Assembly (NCBI GenBank): GCA_965233865.1
Contig: OZ247587.1
Coordinates: 224,001-288,000 of the forward strand
DNA from: Candidatus Neptunichlamydia sp.
GTDB taxonomy: Bacteria; Chlamydiota; Chlamydiia; Chlamydiales; Simkaniaceae
Direction: 5' to 3'
Length of the DNA: 64,000 nucleotides
The position numbers were made by a program, and so were the translations under genes. The notes below the pieces were generated by a model. It made no database searches. It was not told where the DNA came from and saw only the letters and a list, made by a program, of their open reading frames with translations. Shown piece by piece: positions 1 through 11,109 of the stretch; positions within the stretch are counted from its first letter, which is position 1, and each line of letters starts with the position of its first letter.

Positions 1-1
1 A

Positions 2-481
2 GCAGCCTACCAAGAGCATTGTCAGTCTGAGGGGTTAGAGCCAATCAAAAATATCGAAAACATCTTCACGCCTGAGAATGAACGAGCCATCGTCGTGCTA
101 TGCACTTCTCAAGAGGCAGCAGCTGAAGCAAATAAAAACTGCAAGCAAGAGGGTTTTGTGTTTTTGGCTTTAGATTCTCAAGATGCTGCATCAGAAGAAG
201 TGTTAGATCTATCCGCACTAGAAGATCGCAAGTTATTAGTCTGCGGCTCGGAGATGGAACGCCTGGATACCTTAGAACAGATAGAAAATCAAAATAGCCT
301 TCACGTTCAGACAACGGACTATGATTTTTCAGCAGCAAATGAGTTTGAGTTTGAAGACTGGTAAGATGGAGAAGCGGTGAGAGGTGACTGGCAGGAAGTT
401 GAAGATTTGGAAAAAAAATTAGATATTCAACTTGGCATTGAAGAAGAACAACACCAACGTGGGTTTGACTTGAGTTTGTAA
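2..481 (+). pseudogene. C-terminal tail of a TraA-like relaxase/mobilisation protein (copy 1), in-frame stop at 362-364
   Basis: Frame is open from the window edge and continues after TAA to ...LDIQLGIEEEQHQRGFDLSL*. Clearly paralogous to 8724..9218, which follows the TraA helicase fragment. Confidence 0.6.
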
Positions 482-512
482 GCCCAACAAAAACATACAT
501 TAAGGAGAATAT

Positions 513-734
513 ATGAAAGCTTTAGAAGCTGTGCAATACCCATTAGGATGGGAGCTCAACGAAGGACACGAGACTGAAGATGAAGGGATCGTGCTACAAT
601 CGAAAGAAGAAGAGCAAGAAATGTTTAATCGGGTTGCCTTTGGAGGAGAGCGTATTTTGTACAATTTCAATGGCGCCGAGGTTGCTATTGTTCCTCTAGA
701 GGACTATGCGGTTCTGGAGAGGATGGATCAGTAG
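513..734 (+). CDS. Phd/YefM-like antitoxin-fold protein (copy 1)
   Basis: AAGGAG RBS; EMFNRVAFGGERILYNFNGAEVAIVPLEDY resembles the Phd/YefM DNA-binding fold; paralog at 8472..8687. Confidence 0.6.
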   Translation: MKALEAVQYPLGWELNEGHETEDEGIVLQSKEEEQEMFNRVAFGGERILYNFNGAEVAIVPLEDYAVLERMDQ

Positions 735-798
735 TTTTTCAGTAACAGAGAACATCCCTCTTTACTATACTACAAACTATCATGGGAGTATGTACTCT

Positions 799-954
799 AT
801 GGACAGGGAAGAGAAAAATTTTGAAACAATCGATGCAACGGGCGATCCTGCTGATATCAGACTGAATAGTGAGAAAACAAGCTATGAATACGCAGCAGAG
901 CTTGTGATGTCCACAAGAGACAATTTCCTGACATGGAAAGACTACGACTACTAA
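799..954 (+). CDS. 51-aa acidic micropeptide (copy 1)
   Basis: GGAG upstream of ATG 799; MDREEKNFETID...LVMSTRDNFLTWKDYDY; conserved in frame at 8271..8408. Confidence 0.6.
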   Translation: MDREEKNFETIDATGDPADIRLNSEKTSYEYAAELVMSTRDNFLTWKDYDY

Positions 955-958
955 TTCC

Positions 959-1918
959 TTGAATAAGAATTTATTGAAGGGTTTTTCTATAGGGAGTACA
1001 ATGGTTGCAGATAATATGGAGAAGCCTTTAATGTCGGAAAAAATTAATCCGCGGATCGACATAACCTTTAAGAAAATATTTGGCACAGAAGAAAATAAAG
1101 ATCTCCTCATCTCCTTGATTAATTCTATTGTAGGAGAAGAAGATCGCGTTGTTGATGTGACCCTGCTCAATCCCTACAACCAGAAGAACTTTAAGAACGA
1201 CAAGCTCTCCATCTTAGATATAAAAGCTGAAGGAGATCACGGCAAAAAGTTTAACATTGAAATCCAAATTACAGATGAAGCCGATTACGACAAAAGAGCT
1301 CTATACTATTGGGCAAAGCTCTACGCAGAGCAGCTTAAAGAAAGAGATGACTATGGCACCCTCGAAAAAGTTATCGGAATCCATATCCTGAACTTCACCT
1401 CCATCTTAGACTCTGAAAAGTATCACAATGCTTTCCATATCACAGAAAAGGAAACAAGGATCCATTATTTCAAAGAGCTTGAGCTTCATACAATAGAATT
1501 GAAGAAATTCAACGACAGGCTAGGGAGAGAATTTGAAGATATTGGATCCAAAATTCAAAATGCCCTAGATCTGTGGTCTGCATTTCTACTACGACGAGAT
1601 CTCCTCAGCAAAGTTAAATTGGAAGCTTCCTTAGATGGCGCTCTAGTGAAAAAGGCGATAAACGTTCTCAATGTAATGAATTTTTCAGATGAAGAGCGTG
1701 AGATCTATGAAGGGAAACTCAAGTGGCTGAGAATCGAAGCAAATACCCTAAAGAAATACGAAGAGAAAGGACGCGAAGAAGGACGTGAGGAAGGAGAAAA
1801 AAGTAAATCTATAGAAATTGCTAGCAGAATGTTAAAACGCAATCGTCCCATTGAAGAGATTATTGAAGATACAGGGTTGACCAAAGAAGAAGTAAAACAC
1901 CTCAAAGGATCGCAATGA
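959..1918 (+). CDS. Rpn family recombination-promoting nuclease / PD-(D/E)XK putative transposase (copy 1; true start probably 1001 or 1031)
   Basis: NPRIDITFKKIFG, ILDIKA...NIEIQ, RALYYWAKLY, EEGREEG repeats and a C-terminal TGL helix. Confidence 0.9.
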   Translation: MNKNLLKGFSIGSTMVADNMEKPLMSEKINPRIDITFKKIFGTEENKDLLISLINSIVGEEDRVVDVTLLNPYNQKNFKNDKLSILDIKAEGDHGKKFNIEIQITDEADYDKRALYYWAKLYAEQLKERDDYGTLEKVIGIHILNFTSILDSEKYHNAFHITEKETRIHYFKELELHTIELKKFNDRLGREFEDIGSKIQNALDLWSAFLLRRDLLSKVKLEASLDGALVKKAINVLNVMNFSDEEREIYEGKLKWLRIEANTLKKYEEKGREEGREEGEKSKSIEIASRMLKRNRPIEEIIEDTGLTKEEVKHLKGSQ

Positions 1919-2285
1919 ATCGGAAAAAATTAGAAAAGTGCGAAAATTTCTCTTTTTTAAAGGGTGCTAGGGTGCGATATCTGGATGTAAGTAATGTAAT
2001 CCTATTAAGAAAATAAAGACCTTTTCAAAATCGCTTAAAATAAATTTTAAATACCCTCGGAGAAAAGAAGGTCTCCCATCAAGAGAAAGTAGAAATCAAG
2101 CCTGAGGAAACAAGGGCTGAGAAGGTAACAACTTCTGAATTTGAAGGTGTCAGATACAATTTAGTTTCTAGGCTTGTGGTTTTCTTGGTTTAGGATATGC
2201 CGTTTTTTTTCGGGCGTTGGTTGGATTTTAATCGTATATTTCTGATATACATGGCCTTTCCTTTTAAAGTTTGTGTACTCTGAAT

Positions 2286-3143
2286 GGTAGTGTTGCAAAG
2301 ATCTTCATCTCCGAATGGAAGCTTCCTCTTTTCTAGATTTCCCTTCGTTAGGCGGCTAAGCCTCTGACCTCAAAGAGATCTTCAATGAATATCTTTACAT
2401 CTCGGGCGTTTGCATCCGAGATCTCATCAATTTGTCCTTTGAAAATCATGTGCATGGCTTCAATGCCTGCAATGGTGTTTCTCGCGGTCTCTAAACTCTT
2501 ATATCCCATGGCACATCTGTGCTGTCTTTTAATGGGCCTGTGGTCTTGTTCCAAAACGTTGTTGAGGTACTTGATCTGACGAAGTTTCGTTTTTTTAGGG
2601 AACCCTTTACTCTTTTTCATCGTGTTAAATGCTGGAGGATAGGAAGCATATTTATCGACATTAATCACCCTAGGTTTCCCAAAGCTAGAGATTTGACAAA
2701 AGAATGTTAATGCGGCGACTACATCGCGTTTTTCGCTTAAGTAAAAATCGATTGTTTTTCCTTTAGAGTCGATTGCTCTATAGAAGTAGATCCACTTTCC
2801 TTTCACTTTGAGATAGGTTTCATCAACACGCCATGAATCATTAGGCTTCCCTACAAACGACTTAATTTTCTTCCTGATTTCTGGTCCATATTTTTGGACC
2901 CATCGATAAATTGTTGTGTGGTCAATACTCAATCCACTCTCATTCATTGTCTCTTCCAAATTCCTATAGCTGAGGTTGTAACGTAAATACCATCGAACGC
3001 AAAGTAATATGATTTCTGCTGAATAATGGCGCCACTTAAATGGATGTTGATGATTCACTTTTGTTTCCTGCTCTGTTTTTGATAGGACCAAGCATAAGTT
3101 TTAAAAAATTTTTTATCGAGAACGCATTTTTTGCAACAGAACC
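2286..3143 (-). mobile_element. IS6 family insertion sequence, 858 bp, apparently complete
   Basis: Terminal IRs GGTAGTGTTGCAAA (2286) and GGTTCTGTTGCAAA (3143, minus strand) flank the transposase. Confidence 0.92.
2348..3091 (-). CDS. IS6 family DDE transposase
   Basis: FKWRHY, WRVDETY, NNVLEQDHRPIK motifs. Confidence 0.93.
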   Translation of the reverse strand: MVLSKTEQETKVNHQHPFKWRHYSAEIILLCVRWYLRYNLSYRNLEETMNESGLSIDHTTIYRWVQKYGPEIRKKIKSFVGKPNDSWRVDETYLKVKGKWIYFYRAIDSKGKTIDFYLSEKRDVVAALTFFCQISSFGKPRVINVDKYASYPPAFNTMKKSKGFPKKTKLRQIKYLNNVLEQDHRPIKRQHRCAMGYKSLETARNTIAGIEAMHMIFKGQIDEISDANARDVKIFIEDLFEVRGLAA

Positions 3144-3214
3144 GGATGGCGGTTAATCAAGACAGAGAGTATCATATCGGGCTCTAAACAATAAAAACTA
3201 CAAGGAGCAAGGTT

Positions 3215-3733
3215 ATGAGTAGCCCACTAACTATCGAAAATTTTTCTAGTGTTTTTCGAGGGGAATTAGATTCTCAACTTCGAACTGGGCCTTTGAAAAG
3301 AAAATTTGATGAAGTAGATACAAAAATCCAACAAACTTCATTAAGAAGCATCCCTTCGACTAATCAGTCTTATCAAACCCAACAATCGCTGAATAGTCTC
3401 AGTTCAAAAATAGATGGAAACCAAGGTGCCCTGCAAGCCCAACTAGCAGATGTAAGCAGGAAAATAGATACACTTTGTTCACAAACACTGCAGCAATTTT
3501 CTGATGTAGAAGATAGGTCAGAAAGAAGACAGGAACCAGTCATTGCAGCTATAGACGAAATTACAGCATCTGTTAAAGAAATGACGCAACAAGCAAGCAT
3601 GTCTTTATCAAAAACAAAGGAATTGGAGGGAGAAATAAAAGCTGTCCAAGAATCCCTATCAACTAAAATTGATGCTAATCAATCTGCAGTTTTGGGAGTT
3701 CTTTCTCAGATAATGGATAGATTACCGTCCTAA
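3215..3733 (+). CDS. Hypothetical coiled-coil protein
   Basis: AAGGAG RBS, heptad-like Q/S/L-rich sequence, internal repeat SLS(S/T)KID(G/A)NQ, followed by a terminator. Confidence 0.7.
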   Translation: MSSPLTIENFSSVFRGELDSQLRTGPLKRKFDEVDTKIQQTSLRSIPSTNQSYQTQQSLNSLSSKIDGNQGALQAQLADVSRKIDTLCSQTLQQFSDVEDRSERRQEPVIAAIDEITASVKEMTQQASMSLSKTKELEGEIKAVQESLSTKIDANQSAVLGVLSQIMDRLPS

Positions 3734-3758
3734 TTCCAACAGGAATAAATTAAGATTT

Positions 3759-3787
3759 GGAGCTCTATCTCAGGGCTCCTTTTTTTT
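3759..3787 (+). terminator. Rho-independent terminator
   Basis: GGAGCTCT-ATCTC-AGGGCTCC hairpin followed by a T run. Confidence 0.75.
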
Positions 3788-4057
3788 GACCGCATGAATT
3801 TAACTCATTGATCTTCCACGTTTAAGTTCTTCTCTTCTTTTTTCAAATGAACTACCTCGATCAGCTTCTATTTGATTTACTTCTCTATCAAGTGCTCTTT
3901 CCACCAAACAAGACAAAGTATCGACAGGGCTTTTCTATCTCTCAACTGCTCCTCCTTTTATATGAAGCCTGTTCTGAAAATCCAGATCAAGCTGCTGCTA
4001 TAGCTTTAAATAGTTTTTTTTACAGAAGACTCAGCCCTATCTGAAGTTATAACGAAG

Positions 4058-4330
4058 ATGACATATTTGTCTAAAAATAAGCCTAAAAGGTTTGCACATC
4101 ACCTTCAAAAAAACCTTGGGAATCTTCATACAATGAGTAAAGGAGCTGCTTATTTTCTGGCTGGTTGTGGAATGCTTATTGTGGCTCAAGGGATTGAGAG
4201 ACTGGCTGGAAAAGATAAAGAGACAGATCGCAATAAAACATTGGGGGCTGTTGCTATAATAACAGGGGTTGCTTTAATATCATCTCCTTTTATGAGTGCT
4301 ATTCTAGGAGCTAGAAGGGATAATCCTTAA
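4058..4330 (+). CDS. Small two-TM hypothetical membrane protein
   Basis: Two hydrophobic segments (AAYFLAGCGMLIVA; LGAVAIITGVALISSPFMSAIL). Confidence 0.5.
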   Translation: MTYLSKNKPKRFAHHLQKNLGNLHTMSKGAAYFLAGCGMLIVAQGIERLAGKDKETDRNKTLGAVAIITGVALISSPFMSAILGARRDNP

Positions 4331-4644
4331 TTATTATATAAGAGGTGATTATGATAAAATGTGTTTTTGCCTTATTTTTTTCTAAACCATATACTTGTTT
4401 AAAACATGATGATGGAGATGGTGAACTAACAAAAACAAAGCTATGGGCAAAAAATGAAATCCCGCGTCTCCAACCTTCTATTACGTTTCAAACAAACGAT
4501 CAATTAAAGTCATTATCTAGGCATATTATTTCTTCTTTATCTAATATAATATTGTGTTCTTCTGATTTTGATATTATTCAAACTGATTTAGTAAGCACTG
4601 CAAAAAAAAGTAACAGACTCCGGCAGAATTTATGCAGAGACTTA

Positions 4645-5487
4645 GGTTGTGTTGAGAAATTTACTTTAACCATTGGAGAGCCGCGATAAAATGAAGGAAT
4701 GCCTTGAACCTTGATGCTAACTTCTCGAACCGAGAAAACAATCGTCTATAATGTTTGAGGAAGCCAAATAAACATTCGATTTTGTGTCGTTCTTTATATA
4801 TGTCTTTATCATGCTCTCGATGATCAATGCGATTTTTCTTTGAGGGAATGATGGCAACAGCTCCGATGCTCTTTACATGATCAATGATTGCATTGCTGTC
4901 GTAGCCTTTGTTAGCCAATAATCCTTTGTAATCCCTACCCTTGAGCAAAGGAATAGCTTGATGACAATCAGCTGCTTGACCACCTGTTAAAATAAAATCA
5001 AGTGGATTACCTAATGCATCACAGATACTATGAATTTTAGTCGTAAAACCTCCACAGGATCGACCTAAGGCCTGCTCGTTTTGACCTCCGGTTTTTTTTT
5101 ATTGGCTCCTGCGGCACAGGCATGAGCGCGGAGGACTGTACTGTCGATCATAATATATTCCATGTCTGGATCATTTGAAAAATAGTAGAGCATCTTGTAC
5201 CACACACCATGTTCAGCCCAGTCTGCAAAACGATGATAGACGGCATTCCAGTCTCCATATTCCTTTGGTAGCAAACGCCATTGTGCTCCGCTCTTGGCAA
5301 TCCAAAATACAGCCTCTACAAAGCAACGAGTTTTCTCTTTGTTATTTGTGTGTATTTTGGGGTAATTACTCAGATATTCGTAAAGTTTCGACCAGGCGTG
5401 GTCATTTATTTTATGCGGGTATAGCATATAGATCTCCTTCTTCAGGAAGTCAGCTTGCACCATTTATGGAAATTTCTCAACACAACC
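4645..5487 (-). mobile_element. IS5 family element, two-ORF frameshifted transposase (copy A), 843 bp
   Basis: Perfect IR GGTTGTGTTGAGAAATTT, TA on both flanks; orfA 5065..5463 (WRLLP, IDST), orfB to 4661; A9 slip site near 5092-5100; near-identical to 51802..52644. Confidence 0.93.
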
Positions 5488-5803
5488 TAGGAAAAATACA
5501 AGCCGACGATCAAGGTTTGTTGATTTCCTTAAGGATGAAAATAAATAATACTGTTTCAGATAATATCTAGGCTCCTTTCTCAAAGTTTGCACTACGTAAA
5601 GATTAAAGCAAATAAGAGAGCTCTTTAATTCTTTTGGGTATAACTCACGCAGATTTCTGTGAATGGGGAGGCAGAGACGTCTTCCTATAGGGAAATTTCC
5701 GTAATGCACCATATGTTTGCTACATGGACAGCATCTCATATATCTGGGTTGCTCCCCTTTATGCTTCTGAAAAGGGAATCGCCAAGGAAATCAAGTCACT
5801 AAC

Positions 5804-7080
5804 TATGGTGGTCCCAGACGTCAAGACCAAAATTTGCAAAAGTTAAGCTAGTTTTTCCTGATGTTAAATTCAGTTCTTATTCCTTCTTTAGACCTCAAGG
5901 CCTGTTCCATAATAGATCTCTGACGGCGTCTGATATCCCAAACTCTGGTGACGGCGCTGTCCATTATAAAACTCAAAATACACTTCTAGTCCCTTTTTTA
6001 GTTCTTTAAGGCTTTCATACCCTTTAGGATAAATATCCTCATACTTCACACTTCTCCAAAGACGCTCTATGAAAATATTATCAAGAGCTCTCCCTTTCCC
6101 GTCCATGCTGATTTTCACACCCTCTTTTTCTAATCTCTTAGTAAAGCACAAGCTTGTGAACTGCACTCCCTGATCTGTATTGAAAATTTCTGGGCAGTTT
6201 TTTTTCAAACTTCTTTCCAAAGCCTCTATGCAAAAATCTGTATCAAGGAGATTTGAGAGCTCCCATTCAAGGATAAACCTGCTGTACCAATCAATAATTG
6301 CAAATAAATATGCAAATCCACCTTGAAGCGGAATATACGTGATGTCTGCAGCCCACACTTGGTCAGAACGGTCTACCTTTACAGACCTCATCAAATATGG
6401 ATATTTCTTGTGCTCCTGATGTGGCTTGCTCAAATTAGGCTTTGGGTAAATCGCTTCTAATCCCATTTTTTTCATGGCAGTCCTGACTTTTTTTTCTCCA
6501 ACGAAAAATCCTTGGTCGCGCATTTCTAATGTCATCCTACGTCTCCCATAAAATGGGTTTCTAAGATATTCTTTATCAATTGCTTTCATTAAGTCTAAGT
6601 CTTCTTTTTTAGGAATGTTCTCAACGTAGTATAGGGTCGATCTACTTAATCCCAGAAGCTCACACTGCTTTCTCTGTGATAGCTCAGTATCACCTGCATC
6701 TATAAGAGATTTTCTCAGAGCTAACTCAAAGCCGTGTACTTTTTTTTAAGCCATTCCAGCTCCATTTTTAGCCTTCCAATTTGCTCAAATAACTCTCCTT
6801 TTTCCTGCTCCTCTTCTTTGGTAATCAAACGCTTATTGCTTTTCTCAAAAATTTGGGCTGCCGTGGCTTTAAAGTGTCTTTTCCACCCTCCAAGGACTAA
6901 AGGGTGAACTTCAAATTTCCCAGCAAGCTCTCCTGCCGTTTTCTCTCCTTTCAAAACTTCAAGCACCACCTTCAGCTTAAATTCAGCGGAATATTTTTTT
7001 CTTGTTTTTGCCATTTCTGTTCTCCTTTTGCTCGGAGAAAACTAGCTTAGCAAGTGGCTCGAATTTCTGGGACCATTATA
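5804..7080 (-). mobile_element. IS3 family insertion sequence (orfA 6721..7014, orfB to 5888)
   Basis: Imperfect IRs TAT(GG/AA)TGGTCCCAGA; HTH orfA; A8G slippery motif at LKKKY; orfB WAADITY, TDQGVQF, DNIFIERLWRSVKYE. Confidence 0.92.
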
Positions 7081-7307
7081 TTATGTGTAAGATAAACCGC
7101 AGATAGCAAAACTTAATCTGACATTTATGGTAAACTGGGGGAAAAACCAAAGGATGACAAATAATAAACTATGGATTGCTAAAAAATGACAATTAAGAGC
7201 TCCAAGTCGCCTTAGCGGGTTTTTTGGTTTGAGCAATACAAACACAAAAGCAGAAACGTATCGGGCTAACACAGCTCAAATATAGAAGCTGTTTTTTGGC
7301 AAATCTC

Positions 7308-8249
7308 TCATTTTGTTTCAAGAGTGAGGATTTTTTCTTCAGAAAGGCCCGTTGCCTTGGAAATTTGAGCAGGAGCTAGCCCTTGCTGCAAAAGAGCCTG
7401 CGCAACTTTCTCAATGCCTTCTTCGCGTCCTTTTTCAAGTCCTTCTTCGCGTCCCTTTTCTTCGTATTTCTTCAACGTGTTTGCTTCAATTCTCAGCCAC
7501 TTGAGCTTTCCTTCATAGATTTCACGCTCTTCAGCTGAAAAGTTCATGACGTTGAGCACATCGATCGCTTTTTTAACAGGTACATTGTCCAAAGATTTTG
7601 GCAAGCTAGCTGTACTGATCAGATCATTTCTAAGCAGAAACGCAGACCAGAGATCTAGGGCATTCTGAATTTTGGATCCAATATCTTCAAATTCTTTCCC
7701 TAGGCCGTCATTGAATTTTTTCAGTTCTATTGTATGAAGCTCCAGTTCCTTAAAGTAATGGAGACCCGTTTCTTTTTCTGTGATATGGAAGGCATTGTGA
7801 TACTTTTCAGAGTCTAAGATAGAGATGAAATTCAAAATATGGATCCCTATGACTTTTTCTAGGGTTCCATAGTCATCTTTTTCTTTGAGCTGATCTGTAT
7901 ACAGCTTCGCCCAATAGTATAGAGCTCTTTTGTCGTAGTCAGCCTCATCGGTAATTTGAATTTCAATATTGAACTTCTTTCCGTGGTTTCCTTCGGCTTT
8001 GATGTCGAGGATCGAGAGCTTGTCTTCTTTGAAATTCTTCTGATTATAGGGATTAAGCAAGGTCACATCGACAACCTGATCCTCCTCTCCTACGATAGAG
8101 TTAATCAAAGATATGAGCAGGTCTTTGTTGTCTTCGGTGCCAAATATTTTCTTGAAGACGAGATCTACCCGCGGATTAATTTTGTGTGACATGAAGTCCT
8201 CTTCCTTTCGAATTAGCTCCATTGTACTCTCCATAGAAAAACCTTTCAA
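7308..8249 (-). CDS. Rpn family PD-(D/E)XK nuclease (copy 2)
   Basis: Core nearly identical to 959..1918, with a different C-terminal tail. Confidence 0.9.
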   Translation of the reverse strand: MKGFSMESTMELIRKEEDFMSHKINPRVDLVFKKIFGTEDNKDLLISLINSIVGEEDQVVDVTLLNPYNQKNFKEDKLSILDIKAEGNHGKKFNIEIQITDEADYDKRALYYWAKLYTDQLKEKDDYGTLEKVIGIHILNFISILDSEKYHNAFHITEKETGLHYFKELELHTIELKKFNDGLGKEFEDIGSKIQNALDLWSAFLLRNDLISTASLPKSLDNVPVKKAIDVLNVMNFSAEEREIYEGKLKWLRIEANTLKKYEEKGREEGLEKGREEGIEKVAQALLQQGLAPAQISKATGLSEEKILTLETK

Positions 8250-8270
8250 TGACTTTTCCCCTAAGCGATT

Positions 8271-8408
8271 TTAGTATTCAAAATCCTTCCAGGTCAGGAA
8301 ATTGTCTCTTGTGGATATCATAAGCTCAAACTCTGTTGTGTATTCATAATCTTTCTTCACGCAGTCCATAGCATCGACTGCGTTCAAATTTTCCTGGTCA
8401 CTATTCAT
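8271..8408 (-). CDS. 45-aa acidic micropeptide (copy 2; absent from the ORF track)
   Basis: Manual translation MNSDQENLNAVDAMDCVKKDYEYTTEFELMISTRDNFLTWKDFEY*; GGAGTAGG upstream. Confidence 0.6.
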   Translation of the reverse strand: MNSDQENLNAVDAMDCVKKDYEYTTEFELMISTRDNFLTWKDFEY

Positions 8409-8471
8409 AGAATACCTACTCCATTTGAAATACCCAGTATAGGACGGAGGATATTCTCTGTCATTGAAAAA

Positions 8472-8687
8472 TTACTGATCTATCCCCTCTAAAACGGCAT
8501 AATCCTCTAGAGGAACGATGGCAACCTCTGCGCCATTCAAATTATAGAGAATCCGCTCCCCTCCAAAGGCGACTCGATTGAACATCTCTTGCTCAGCCTC
8601 TACTGATTTCAAGACGATTTCTGCATCTTTAGACCTTGCATTAACATCCCACCCTACTGGGTATTGCAATTCTTCCATTGTTTGCAT
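8472..8687 (-). CDS. Phd/YefM-like antitoxin-fold protein (copy 2)
   Basis: Paralog of 513..734; AAGGAG RBS. Confidence 0.6.
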   Translation of the reverse strand: MQTMEELQYPVGWDVNARSKDAEIVLKSVEAEQEMFNRVAFGGERILYNLNGAEVAIVPLEDYAVLEGIDQ

Positions 8688-8723
8688 AGTTTTCTCCTTT
8701 GCAAAATTGTTTTTTTTGGTGCA

Positions 8724-11109
8724 TCAAAGACTTAGTTCAAACCCTCTTTGCTGCTGCTCTTCTTGTTCAATGCCAAGTTGAACATCTAGTTGTTTTTCTT
8801 GCTTTTCTAGCTCTGCCCAACAGCCCAGGACTTCTTGCGACTGCATGTCTTGAGAAGCTTCAGAGGAAAGAAAATCATGCTCGATTTCTCTTGCATACAT
8901 GTTTTCATAGATAGCTAGTTGCTCCAGTATATCCAGGCGCTCTAACTCACTTCCCCGTACCAATATTTTCCTGTCCTCTAAGATGGAAAGGTCAGCGTTA
9001 TTTTCTTTGTCAAACAGGAGCGAGCTCTCTACTGGCATAGTATTTTCATGAGAGCTGCTGCTTTCAATGGCAGCATTCTCTATAGAAACAAACACGTAGC
9101 CTTCTTGTTCATTGAGTCTAGAGGCTTCATTTGCCTCTAATTGAGATTGACACAGGACAACTACTGAGCGTTCATTCTCAGGGGTGAAGAGGCGTTCGAT
9201 ATTTTGAATGGACTCCATCCCTGAAGATTGGCAATGATCTTAATAGACTGCTAGCTTCTCAAGCTACATTTCTTGCCTTTGAAGGGTCGCTTCTTCAACT
9301 CTTTGCAGATCTGCTTACCGCTCTAAGTCTTGCTCTATAGGTTTCAGAGCTTTGTTTTCAATAGCATAGATTTTAATCTCAGGAAGTTTTGATACACCGT
9401 ATTGAGAAGCATCAGACTTTTCGGTTGAAGGGTTTTGATAGAAATCATGATCATCTGATTTGTCAGCTCTGTCTTCCCGACGATCGTCTACCATCTCCTA
9501 GATGTTTGCCTTCAACTCTCTGCCAAAAGCTTTAACTTTTGTCCATTTCGTTCCATATTCTCTTGCTTTCTCAAGCTCGCAATCAAATGTTTCTTTCTCA
9601 GCTTGTTTCTGCAGATCATATTCGTTGTGAAAGTAGAGTGTGGATTCCTTAGAGGCGTCTTTGGAGCATTGCTCTTGCAATGCTCTAAAACCTCCACACT
9701 CTTTCTTGTTAATGTAAATACTGACAGTTTCTTTGTGCCTTGACATGGCTACATAGGAAGTTTGTTTTCCATTGAGCGAGTTGTGGAGAACGTAGGTGTC
9801 CTCTACCGTTCTATCTTGAGATCGGAAGGTAGTAGTCGCATATCCTAGTTGCCAAGAGCCATATTCTTTCGGGTCAAATGATACAATCTTGGTGTACTTG
9901 GAACTGTCTTTTCCCTCCTGATCAAGCTTTACGACAAAACGGTTTTCTTCTGCTTTAATAAGTTCGCCCTTGAGCCCGTTTGTTACACCAATGGCGCGGT
10001 CATTCTTCCTGAATTCAATCAAATCACCCTCACTAACGCGCACAGAACCAAACATTGTCTTGCAGGAGTATTCTTGCTCTTTCAGCTCTCCTTTAACCAT
10101 GCGGACGTCGTGAGCCGCTTGATTGAGTACATAGACTTCTCTATTGGTGGTCGCGAGGATTAGGGATTTGTCATAAGACTTAGATTTGTCGAGGTAATGA
10201 GAAAAAGACCAATCTACTATGAGCTTTTCCATTGCGCTAGCTTTGTCTCTTTCGAAGTTCAGGCATTTTTCCTTGCTCAACCCTCTTAATGCGGCTTCAA
10301 TATCTCCTTGTGCAAAGCTTTGCGTTATAGATCGTTGCTCTTGAGAGCTTTGGCGTTGTATATAGTGCAGTTTTGAAGCATCATATTTTTCTGCCAAAAC
10401 CTGAAACATCCCTCCTCTATCAACTGAGGGCATTTGGGAAGAGTCTCCGGAAAGGATGAGCTTGGCTTTGTGGGCGTGAGCTACCCTGCAGAGTTCATTG
10501 AGCGACTGGTTCCCCAGTTTTCCGGCTTCATCTACGATCCATAGCTCTTTGGACTTGATCTCTCTGTGGCCATGCTCTTGAGCGTACAAAAATCTAGGAA
10601 CATTCTCAGCATTAAAGCCTTTTTCTTTGAGAATATTGGCGGTGGCATTATCCGGACCAAATCCGCGCACTCTGATTTCTTTTTCTTCGTACAACTCTTT
10701 TAAAGCTCGTAAAACGTAGCTTTTACCGGTTTCTGCATACCCTTCCAAGACATGTAGACCTTCTCTCCCTGATAGCTCTCTAAACGCTTGTAATTGCTCA
10801 GGGCTCAAAGTGCGCGAAAATGTCTCTAGGTGCTTTTCTCGAAACCTCACATGCTCTACATCGTTGATCTTCTCGGAGTGTCTTAGGATCTGTTTTTCTT
10901 CTTCGAGGACTTCTTTGGTTGTGAATTTCCCTATATCTTTGTAGCAAGGATATCGATTGTTTAAATCTTTCTGTTGGAGCTTGATGATTGCTTCTTGTTT
11001 CCAGAATAGATCACGAACTTCCTCAATTTTCTCTATAGGAGTATGTTTTACCATAAAACGCTCTACATCTTGAACTTGCCATACCGCTTTTTCGTTGGAA
11101 ATCGCCTTT
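8724..11109 (-). pseudogene. traA: Degenerate Ti-type conjugative relaxase-helicase TraA (helicase region and C-terminal tail)
   Basis: RecD-like SF1B motifs GYAETGKS (broken Walker A), IVDEAG, GDSSQMPSV, GYATT..RSQ, YVAMSRH; stops and frameshifts; relaxase domain missing. Confidence 0.8.

Noticed and set aside
706..798. 82-aa ORF overlapping the Phd-like gene
   Set aside because: Only the part from ATG 799 is conserved in the second copy.
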